A stretch of 21,688 bases of DNA from Okeania sp. Lineage in GTDB: Bacteria; Cyanobacteriota; Cyanobacteriia; Cyanobacteriales; Microcoleaceae. The notes below the pieces were generated by a model that ran no database searches, was not told where the DNA came from, and saw only the letters and a program-made list of their open reading frames with translations. The stretch spans positions 1 to 21,688 of the forward strand of contig NZ_JAYKGW010000027.1 in the NCBI RefSeq assembly GCF_035285525.1, in the 5' to 3' direction. The position numbers and the translations under genes were made by a program. Shown piece after piece: positions 1 to 7,623 of this stretch; positions within the stretch are counted from its first letter, which is position 1, and each line of letters starts with the position of its first letter.

Positions 1-1
1 A

Positions 2-334
2 ATTACGGCGGCTTTTAATGTGAATATTTTATCTCATTTGAATTGGCGTTTTCAAGGAAATTTTGATATAAATTTATTCAGTCATAAAGCAATTTATAAT
101 GAGGCTGAAACTCAAATTGAAATGTATCTTTATTGCCAAGAAAATATTACCTTTTCTTTGAAAAATCTAGATTTAAAAGTTAGTTTTCAGGCAGGGGAAA
201 GTATCCTAACTGAAATTTCTCGTAAATTCGATTTAGAAGTTTTGCCAGGAGAACTTGAAGCGAAAGGATTAAAAGTTAAGAAAGTTTTGACAGACCCGAA
301 AAAGTGGTTTGGATTAATTCTTTGTCAAGTTTAA
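2..334 (+). CDS. egtD: L-histidine N-alpha-methyltransferase (EgtD family), 3' part only; the gene starts upstream of the window
   Basis: The frame is open from base 2 (ITAAFN precedes the tabulated ORF 20..334). The translation TAAFNVNILSHLN...IEMYL...FQAGESILTEISRKF...LTDPKKWFGLIL follows the conserved C-terminal layout of EgtD (AAFN.N.L, IEM.L, F.AGE..TE.S.KF, TDP..FGL.L). A sulfoxide synthase gene follows on the same strand. Confidence 0.85.
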   Translation: MTAAFNVNILSHLNWRFQGNFDINLFSHKAIYNEAETQIEMYLYCQENITFSLKNLDLKVSFQAGESILTEISRKFDLEVLPGELEAKGLKVKKVLTDPKKWFGLILCQV

Positions 335-337
335 ATT

Positions 338-390
338 GAAGAAAGAAGAAAGAAGGAAGAAGGAAGAAGGAAGAAGGAGGAAGAAAAAAA
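338..390. repeat. Polypurine tract with tandem GAAGGAA heptamers (STRR-like)
   Basis: gaagaaagaagaaagaaggaagaaggaagaaggaagaaggaggaagaaaaaaa lies directly after the egtD stop. The same heptamer array recurs at 21349-21379. Confidence 0.85.
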
Positions 391-675
391 TATGGTAAAC
401 ATATTTTCTATAGAATTATGCCCAGAAAGGGTTCATCTTTCAGCAATTAGCTTCATATTTTAGGAAGTTATAATCCAGTTGAGAAAAACTGAAATCTTAT
501 TTTCAACTATGACTAGCATCTGTTTGCTGAATAAGTCTTTTTTTGAGGTAGGAAGTAAAGACCTTGCATACAACGTTCCTACAGCTTTATCATTATTCAC
601 AACAAAAACTCAATCCTAGATTTTAAATATATTACAAAAGTAAGCAATTAAAATTATTCACTCATTTCTAACACT

Positions 676-2019
676 ATGAATCAGATCAAATCTACTAATC
701 CACCAAAAATTGATGGTTCTAAAACTAACAGTAACATCCGCCAATATATTCGAGAATATTTTCAGAATAGTTGGGAAATTGAAGACATTTTAATGAATAG
801 TTTAATAGCAGAAGAAACATTTTATTTAAACCCCGACTCTTTAAGAAATCCACTAATTTTTTATCTCGGACATTCGGCGGTTTTTTACATTAATAAATTA
901 ATCAGAGTAGAATTATTAGAAAAACGCCTTAATCCTAACTACGAAATATTATTTGAAATGGGGGTAGACCCAGAAAAACCAGAAGACTTAAATCAGGCGA
1001 TCGCTAACATTAATTGGCCGAAACTAGAAGATATTTGGCAATATCGAGAAAAAGTTTATCAAGTCATTTTAGACCTAATTGAAAAAACTCCTCTTAATCT
1101 TCCTATTCACCAAAATCATCCTCTTTGGGCGTTAATGATGAGTATTGAACATCAACGGATTCATATTGAAACTTCATCAATGTTGTTTCGGCAACTATCT
1201 GTAGAAAAATTAAAACATCCTCATAATTGGGAATATGCTCCTACTAATAATCAGATAATTAATAATGAAATGATAGAAGTTTCTGGAGGAGTTGTCAAAC
1301 TAGGAAAACCAGAAAATTATCCGACATTTGGTTGGGATATAGAATATGGCGATCGCCAAGTTGAAGTAGCTCCTTTTATGGCTAGTAAGTATTTAATTAC
1401 TAATGCAGAATTTCTGGAATTTGTTAAAGTTGGTGGTTACGAAAATCCAGATTATTGGAGTCAAGAAAGTTGGCTTTGGAAAACTGGAAATAATATTAAA
1501 TATCCCAAATTTTGGATAGTTGAAAATGGTAATTATAAATATCGAGCTATGTTTGATGAAATAGAATTACCTTTAGATTGGCCTGTAGAAGTTAATCATT
1601 ATGAAGCAATGGCTTATTGTTCTTGGCAAGGAGAAAATACTCGGTTAATGACTGAAGCTGAATATAATTTAGCAACTTATAGAAATGGTAAAGAAGTAGA
1701 AACAGATAATTATAATCTGAATTTTAAATTTGGTTCTCCTTCTCCTGTTGGTTACTTAGAAACTGCCAAAAATGAATCAGGATTATATGATTTGCGGGGT
1801 AATGTTTGGGAATGGTTAACTGATAAATTAAATCCTCTTTCTGGATTTAAAACTCATCAACTTTATGAAGATTATTCAGCTCCATTTTTTGATAATAGAC
1901 ATAATATGATGTTAGGAGGATGTTGGATAACTAACGGTACAGAAGCTTTGAAATATTATCGAAATTGGTTCCGTCCTAACTTTTATCAACACGCTGGTTT
2001 TAGAATAGTTCAGGGATAA
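676..2019 (+). CDS. egtB: Sulfoxide synthase, OvoA-like type without the C-terminal methyltransferase domain (cyanobacterial EgtB-type enzyme)
   Basis: 447 aa. The N-terminal DinB-like domain has candidate iron-ligand histidines in LIFYLGHSAVFYINKL and MMSIEHQRIHIETSSML. These motifs resemble OvoA more than actinobacterial EgtB. The C-terminal FGE-sulfatase-like domain shows LYDLRGNVWEWL and GGCW. It sits next to egtD. Confidence 0.85.
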   Translation: MNQIKSTNPPKIDGSKTNSNIRQYIREYFQNSWEIEDILMNSLIAEETFYLNPDSLRNPLIFYLGHSAVFYINKLIRVELLEKRLNPNYEILFEMGVDPEKPEDLNQAIANINWPKLEDIWQYREKVYQVILDLIEKTPLNLPIHQNHPLWALMMSIEHQRIHIETSSMLFRQLSVEKLKHPHNWEYAPTNNQIINNEMIEVSGGVVKLGKPENYPTFGWDIEYGDRQVEVAPFMASKYLITNAEFLEFVKVGGYENPDYWSQESWLWKTGNNIKYPKFWIVENGNYKYRAMFDEIELPLDWPVEVNHYEAMAYCSWQGENTRLMTEAEYNLATYRNGKEVETDNYNLNFKFGSPSPVGYLETAKNESGLYDLRGNVWEWLTDKLNPLSGFKTHQLYEDYSAPFFDNRHNMMLGGCWITNGTEALKYYRNWFRPNFYQHAGFRIVQG

Positions 2020-2041
2020 TGGATAATGGATAATGGATAAT
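2014..2041. repeat. Tandem heptamer GGATAAT x4 (STRR-type), overlapping the egtB stop codon
   Basis: ggataatggataatggataatggataat read directly in the sequence. Confidence 0.9.
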
Positions 2042-2501
2042 TAATAATTATTAGGTTGGTAAATTTTGTAATAAATTGAAGATTTTTTGCCTCCCCAAAA
2101 TTTGCTGGTTACTCAAACTTTAAATTTTTCATAATTGTCAATTATCAATTATCACAATTAATTATCGAATGGAGAATTAAAATGGCTGGAAATTTTTCAA
2201 ATGTATCTGAGAAAGAATCATTTATACCGGATATAAATTCGGGAAACGATGATATTAACACAACCTAGGAAAAGAGTAATGAAGAATGGTGGGACTGGTA
2301 TGTTTCCTGAGCTGAAAATATTTGTGGCTGAAAATTTAGTATAAGTTAAAAAAAAAGCTGGCTTCATTAATTTTTATTGTGCTTGAGCTGACTGCTGACT
2401 GCTAATAGCTAAATACTTACGTTTAAATTAATAACTTTAAGATGCTGTTGTTTGTGCAGAATATCGCAGAAAATACTTACTTTAATAAACATAGTAAAAC
2501 C

Positions 2502-3449
2502 ATGAGATTTATTAGCCACAAAACAGACTTTGCTTTCAAAAAAAATATTTGGCTCCACTGAGAGTAAAGATATTTTAATTAGTTTTTTGAATGCTTTAAT
2601 TCTGGTAAATCAACAATTCAAGATTTAGAAATAATCGACCCCTATACTCCAGGAGATACCATTAGTTTAAAAGATACTTATCTAGATGTAAGAGCTATTT
2701 TAAATGATGTCTCCAATGTAATAATTGAAATTCAGGTTTTAAACGTTCCCGCATTTGAAAAGCGAGTAGTTTATAATCTATGTAAAACTTATGGGAATCA
2801 ATTAGACACTGGAGAGGGATATCGAAGATTAAAACCAGTAATTGCTTTAACGATTACAGATTTTAAAATGTTTGAGGACACAGAACGATATATTAATCAT
2901 TTTGTGTTTAAAGAGAAAGAGAAATCATTTAATTATGTACATGAAGAAGTAGCAATGATATTTGTTGAATTACCAAAATTTCCGAAAAAATTAGAAGAGT
3001 TAGAAACTATCACACATAAATGGATTTATTTTGTAAAATCAGCTTCAAGTTTAGAAGTAATTCCCACAAATTTAGCAGAAATAAAAGAGATAGAAAAAGC
3101 TTTAAATATTGCTAATCTGGCAAATCTATCAAGAAAAGAATTAGAGGAAGTACACAAGCGGGAAGTATTTTTAGAAGACCGTGCAGGTCAAATTATTCTA
3201 GCTCTACAGGAGGGAAAAGAAGAAGGACTACAGCAAGGAATAGAGCAAGGGTTAGAAGCGGGTAAGTTGTCAATGCAAAGACTAATATTAGGTTAACTGG
3301 AGAGAAAATTTTCAGCAGAAATTCCTGCCATAATTAAAGATAATATTCAACAGTTATCCCTGGAAAAGTTAGAAAATTTAGGAAGAATAATTGATAATTT
3401 TAGTAGTTGAGAATATTTGTCTAACTGCTGCCATAAATCAGAAAAGTAG
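2502..3449 (+). pseudogene. Decayed Rpn-family recombination-promoting nuclease / PD-(D/E)XK putative transposase
   Basis: It starts MRFISHKTDFAFKK like the intact paralog at 19245-20165 (MRFISPKIDYVFKK), then loses frame in an A8 run (2538-2545). Homology continues in other frames (ESKDILISFLNAL, DTYLDVRAIL..IIEIQV) and in ORF 2868-3296 (VELPKF, KWIYF). An in-frame TAA at 3294 aligns with Q of the paralog (LIIRQLKKRF vs LILG*LERKF). An in-frame TGA follows at 3408. The C-terminal LEKLENLG matches IEELENLG. Confidence 0.85.
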
Positions 3450-3602
3450 TAAGTTTTCAACAATTAATAATTACCTCTTATTTTTGATAATAATAAGATT
3501 AAGCTAAAGGAAATTTTTTCTCCATAAATGGAGAGGTTTTATACCTTATTTTTTTTGGTAAATTAGTGTTAAAATATTATAGTAAAAGGTTATGCATAAA
3601 TT

Positions 3603-3932
3603 ATGACTCAGAAAAAATTTTACCTATTAACTGACCCAAGTATTATTTGTTCTTATCTGGTATCTAAGTGGATTAAAGCTTTTGAAAAAATGCCAGAATT
3701 TCAAGGAATATTAGTAAAAGAGGAAGTTCCATCAGACAGAGTAATTAGAGAGAGGAAAACTTTTCATCAAAAATACTTTGGTCAAAAACACTTGACTGAT
3801 AAAATGTACGAATTATTAATTGATTTGTATCCTGATATAGATAGAACTGAAAGAGCAATGATCGAGCGATACGGAGTATCTCAGTATTCTACTACCGAGC
3901 ATTCTCAAACAATTTTCTTGGGAATAATTTGA
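3603..3932 (+). CDS. Formyltransferase-fold protein, N-terminal fragment (first half of a split gene)
   Basis: 109-aa ORF ending TIFLGII*. The stop overlaps the TTG start of the next ORF (TTGA, 3929-3932). Together the two ORFs make one formyltransferase-like domain (see finding). Confidence 0.55.
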   Translation: MTQKKFYLLTDPSIICSYLVSKWIKAFEKMPEFQGILVKEEVPSDRVIRERKTFHQKYFGQKHLTDKMYELLIDLYPDIDRTERAMIERYGVSQYSTTEHSQTIFLGII

Positions 3933-4453
3933 ATGGAAAATATGCTAAGAATTGGTTAATGGAAGTTGCTGAAAATTCCTCAGTATTCATTTTTGTTTGT
4001 GCTACTAAAATACTTAAATCTTGGTGGTTAGAAATAACTAAAAATCAAGTGTTTAATAGTCATACAGCTGTTCTACCTTATGCTCGTGGAATGTATGCGA
4101 TTGAGAATATGGCAATTAATAAAAATATTAACCAGTTTAGACAAGCAGCAGGGGTAACTATACATTATGTTGATGAAGGGGTAGATACAGGTTCAATAAT
4201 TAGAACAGAAAGAATAGTTGATCCGTTTCGCTTTAATTCCATTTGGGATTTAAAAGGATATTTATACCTTACCGAATTTGAGTTATACGTGAAAACTGCC
4301 CAAGATATTCTCAGCAACAATGAAACTATTCCTGCTGGAGTTTCACCGGATCCTAAATTGCTAGGTCCTAATTTTAGGATAAAAGACTTTACTCCAGAGA
4401 AACAAAAACAAGCAGAAGATGGTTATTTATGGATGAAAAATTCCTGGCGATAA
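3929..4453 (+). CDS. Formyltransferase-fold protein, C-terminal fragment carrying the catalytic motifs
   Basis: FNSHTAVLPYARG matches the N-x-H-x-S-L-L-P-x-x-R-G motif of Fmt/PurN-type formyltransferases. GVTIHYVDEGVDTGSII matches the G-x-T-x-H-x-x-x-x-x-D-x-G-x-I aspartate motif. The only start in the ORF track is TTG. This frame is open upstream back to 3851. Confidence 0.6.
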   Translation: MNGKYAKNWLMEVAENSSVFIFVCATKILKSWWLEITKNQVFNSHTAVLPYARGMYAIENMAINKNINQFRQAAGVTIHYVDEGVDTGSIIRTERIVDPFRFNSIWDLKGYLYLTEFELYVKTAQDILSNNETIPAGVSPDPKLLGPNFRIKDFTPEKQKQAEDGYLWMKNSWR

Positions 4454-4525
4454 TTTTATCTTATTTTAAGGTAAACTAAGTAAATATTCATTTAATTTTA
4501 ATTTTTTTTAGATGGGAAATAAACA

Positions 4526-4912
4526 ATGATTAAAGTTCAAAAAATACAAAACAAAGGGCGGGGTATTTTTGCGGTACAGGATATTCCGAAAGGAACATTA
4601 CTTGAAGTTGCTCCCACGGTAATTTTGCCACCTGAACAATTACAAACTCTGAATCAGACGAAAGTCTTAGATTATTATTTTGTACAACCATCAGAATATG
4701 CTACAGCTAAGAAAATAAAAGGATATTTGGTTTTAGGTTTAGCTTCTCTTTGTAATCATGGGGAAGACCCTAATTCTTATGTTGAATGGATTGAAGATGA
4801 AGTATGTGTATGGTCACATTTAATCACCAAAAAAGATATTAAAAATGGTGAGGAAGTTACCCTTTTCTACACCAATATTAATGAATATCCTGATGGTGGA
4901 ACTTTTGTTTAA
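4526..4912 (+). CDS. Small SET-domain methyltransferase
   Basis: 128 aa. GRGIFAVQDIPKGTLL (SET N-region), LASLCNHGEDPNS (NH.C.PN-type motif) and GEEVTLFY (post-SET E-E-L-T-x-x-Y type). Confidence 0.75.
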   Translation: MIKVQKIQNKGRGIFAVQDIPKGTLLEVAPTVILPPEQLQTLNQTKVLDYYFVQPSEYATAKKIKGYLVLGLASLCNHGEDPNSYVEWIEDEVCVWSHLITKKDIKNGEEVTLFYTNINEYPDGGTFV

Positions 4913-4924
4913 TAGATAGTAAGC

Positions 4925-4950
4925 ATTCAGCTATGAGTTCATAGCTGAAT
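4925..4950. repeat. Perfect 12-bp-arm palindrome of the dispersed AGCATTCAGC repeat family; possible terminator of the SET gene
   Basis: attcagctatga-gt-tcatagctgaat. Related half-sites occur at 5851, 5999-6015 and 16994. There is no clean T-run after it. Confidence 0.5.
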
Positions 4951-5049
4951 ACTTACCTTTGTTCAACCAAGATTAAGAAGCTTAACAAGATTAATTACTC
5001 CCAAATTTTTCTAACCATTAATCTAACTTTACCAAATAGATAAATTAAC

Positions 5050-5784
5050 ATGAACAATTCTCAAATTACATCATTAAAAGAATTTCAAACAACAGGATAC
5101 TTTTTGCAAGAAAATTTTATTTCTCAGACAGAATGCGATTCTTTATTACAACTAATTGCTGATTATCGCCAGACAAATTCTGTTCCTAAAATCTATCGCA
5201 ATGTTAAACCCATACCCTTAAGTTATTTTGTCATAGATGGAAAAAGAATTCAGTCTCAAATTCCAGAAGTTCAAAAATTATATGAAACTGTGAATCAAGT
5301 TATTAATAACTTCACAAATAAACAACTTTTTCCTTTACAAGATATTCAGGTAGGGTGCAATATTAATATTACTGAAAAAGGAGGTACATATCGCTGGCAT
5401 TATGACCGAAATGCTATTACAGCTCTTTTATATTTAAACAAAGTTGATGGAGGAGAAATTCAGCTTTACCCCAATTATAGAATTACTTTACCTGAAGCTA
5501 AATTTTCTAGATTTCAGAGTGTGATAGATCGGGTACAACAATTGAGTTTTTTTCGTCAAATCTTTGGCAAACAAATTATGATTAAACCTCAACCAGGTCT
5601 ACTATTAGTTATGGCTGGGGATAAATGTCTACATAGTGTTCGTCCAGTTACAGAAGAAAAGGAGCGAATTAATATTGTTATGGCTTACGATTTACCTAAT
5701 GCTAATTTTGTAGTTAAAAACCAACTTAATACTTATTTATATAGTTCAGAAAAGTTTGACAGTAAAGATCCAAATTACTCTTAA
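5050..5784 (+). CDS. 2OG-Fe(II) oxygenase, prolyl-4-hydroxylase-like
   Basis: 244 aa. YRWHYDRN (HxD iron motif), ITALLYLNKVDGGEIQLYP and the distal CLHSVRPV histidine, with ERINIVMAY downstream. Confidence 0.8.
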   Translation: MNNSQITSLKEFQTTGYFLQENFISQTECDSLLQLIADYRQTNSVPKIYRNVKPIPLSYFVIDGKRIQSQIPEVQKLYETVNQVINNFTNKQLFPLQDIQVGCNINITEKGGTYRWHYDRNAITALLYLNKVDGGEIQLYPNYRITLPEAKFSRFQSVIDRVQQLSFFRQIFGKQIMIKPQPGLLLVMAGDKCLHSVRPVTEEKERINIVMAYDLPNANFVVKNQLNTYLYSSEKFDSKDPNYS

Positions 5785-5850
5785 ATCTGGTATAGACTTA
5801 TGGCGAGCAAGATGCCCGCACTACAATAATTTTACCATTAAAATCTTGTC

Positions 5851-6015
5851 AGCATTCAGCCGTCAGCTATTAGCTAACAGTTATTCGTTTTATTCCATGA
5901 CAAAAGCTTTATTAATTGAGCTAGAAAAATATAGCTACAAAAGTCAAATCGAAAGTCTATATTAATTTAAACTTCATCCTTAAGCCCAGAATCTTATTGC
6001 TAATAGCTGAATGCT
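5851..6015. repeat. MITE-like unit bounded by inverted AGCATTCAGC...TATTAGC ends
   Basis: The left end agcattcagccgtcagctattagc (5851-5874) is the reverse complement of the right end gctaatagctgaatgct (5999-6015), apart from a 7-nt indel. It explains the doubtful ORF 5756-5965. Confidence 0.55.
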
Positions 6016-6049
6016 TTATATATCCAAAATATGCTTTAATAACTGATAA

Positions 6050-6556
6050 ATGATAACTGAAATGAAGCCAAATCCAATTCCACCAAAACCCGGTCAAGAA
6101 TCTGTATGGGATTATCCCCGTCCACCTCGTTTAGAAGATACAAATAAATCTATTCGAGTCATTTTTAATAATGTAGTTTTGGCTGAAACAAATAATGCCA
6201 AAAGATTATTAGAAACTAGCCATCCTCCTGGTTATTATATTCCTCCTAAAGATGTTAAAATAGAGTATTTAATTCCTAATCCCAGGAAAACTTTTTGTGA
6301 GTGGAAAGGTTATGCTTCCTATTGCGATGTTTCAGTAGGAGATAAATATGTAAATCATCCAGTCTGGCAATATTTAGACCCAACTCCTTATTTTTTACCT
6401 ATACAAGGATATTATAGTTTTTATGCTAATTTAATGGATGCTTGTTATGTCAATGATGAGTTAGTAAAACCTCAAGCTGGTAATCTTTATGGAGGATGGA
6501 TTACTTCTGATATTGTCGGACCTTTTAAAGGAGAACCAGGTACAAGAGGTTGGTAA
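6050..6556 (+). CDS. DUF427 domain protein
   Basis: 168 aa. ESVWDYPRPPRLE, ETSHPPGYYIPPKDV and FCEWKGYASYCDV are the signature stretches of DUF427 (PF04248-type). The start could be ATG 6050 or ATG 6062. Confidence 0.8.
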   Translation: MITEMKPNPIPPKPGQESVWDYPRPPRLEDTNKSIRVIFNNVVLAETNNAKRLLETSHPPGYYIPPKDVKIEYLIPNPRKTFCEWKGYASYCDVSVGDKYVNHPVWQYLDPTPYFLPIQGYYSFYANLMDACYVNDELVKPQAGNLYGGWITSDIVGPFKGEPGTRGW

Positions 6557-6748
6557 ATAATGAATAATTGATAATTTATAATTAATATTCAGTGGAAACT
6601 ACCGACTAATTACGACAAATTTATAAATCAAATTCTTAAGCAATATATTCTCAAAGCAGAACTGAAGCAATTTATTCTCGATAATCTCTTCTCTGACTTG
6701 AAAATACTGATGAATAATTTATTACAAAAATAAGCCATCGCTAGCTTT

Positions 6749-7623
6749 ATGCAAATTGATAAAAAAATGAACAATAATATTAATTTAATAACTGATAATT
6801 CTGAACTTTCAAAATCTTACTATCAACCAGAAAAATTAGAGCTGGATTCATGGTTTCAGGTAGCTCAGATAGATTACGAAAAATTAATTGAGCAATATTC
6901 ATTTAATAATCTATTTAAAGGATTTGCTAAAAATCAACTCAAACTTCTAGATATAGGATGTGGCAGTGCTAAATTTCCTAGTTTGCTAGACAAAAAACTT
7001 GATGGCAATATTCATTTATCAGCAGATTTGCTTGATATTTCAGAATACTCTCTACAGTTGGCAAAAAAACGGTTTGATAGTTGTCAGTATTTTAGTACAA
7101 ATTCAACCTACTTATCTGCTACTGAAAATCTTCAACAATTAGTTAAAAAAAACTAACTGCTACGATATTATATGGGCGATACATTCTCTTTATACTGTTG
7201 ATAAAAATAGAATGGCAGATGTCTATCTTTATTGTTTAGATTTATTAGATGATAATGGTAAGTTTTTAATTTACCAACCTGCTCAAACATCTTCTTACCA
7301 CAACTTATATGATTTTTTATTTTAGCAATTATCCAGAAGGAAAAAAATCTACATATTTTCTCAAATCTGATGAACACAAACAAATTTTGGATAGATTAGG
7401 AATAAATTATGATAATATTAGATTGAGTTTTTTTCACAGCATCAGTTTGGAAAGTATAAATGTACTTGAAATATATTTAAAATAATGTGTTTTTGATTAC
7501 ACATTAGATGTCTTAAATTTTTTTCAGCCTATATTACAAAAGTGTTTTGATAGAAAAAACAATCAATACAAGTTTGAGCAGATAGTTGATTTGATTATTA
7601 TTGAAAAAGCCAGTAATATTTAG
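6749..7623 (+). pseudogene. Class I SAM-dependent methyltransferase, disrupted by two frameshifts and one in-frame stop
   Basis: Motif I LKLLDIGCGSAKF lies in ORF 6749-7156, which ends in an A8 run (7145-7152). Homology continues in frame 0 from 7161 (YDIIWAIHSLYTVDKNRMADVYLYCLDLLDDNGKFLIY). A second shift occurs near the T-run at 7313-7322, giving NYPEGKKSTYFLKSDEHKQILDRLG. An in-frame TAA at 7483 is followed by CVFDYTLDVLNFF... up to TAG 7621-7623. Confidence 0.75.

Noticed and set aside
676-2019. Full-length OvoA (ovothiol synthase) call
   Set aside because: The protein ends at 447 aa without the C-terminal SAM methyltransferase domain of canonical OvoA, and it follows an EgtD gene. I therefore call it an EgtB-type enzyme of OvoA ancestry.
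3925-3932. Programmed frameshifting or stop-codon readthrough as an explanation for the split or interrupted genes
   Set aside because: There is no slippery heptamer plus downstream structure at the sites. The lesions are heterogeneous (A8 and T-run shifts, TAA, TGA, truncation), which fits decay or sequencing error rather than recoding.
5756-5965. 69-aa ORF on the plus strand
   Set aside because: It starts inside the 3' end of the 2OG oxygenase gene. It is built largely from dispersed repeat sequence (gcgagcaagatgcccgc and the AGCATTCAGC-family MITE at 5851-6015). No family resemblance was seen.
7168-7383. 71-aa minus-strand ORF
   Set aside because: It is antisense to clearly homologous methyltransferase coding sequence (YDIIWAIHSLYTV... 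on the plus strand) and has a low-complexity AT-rich translation.
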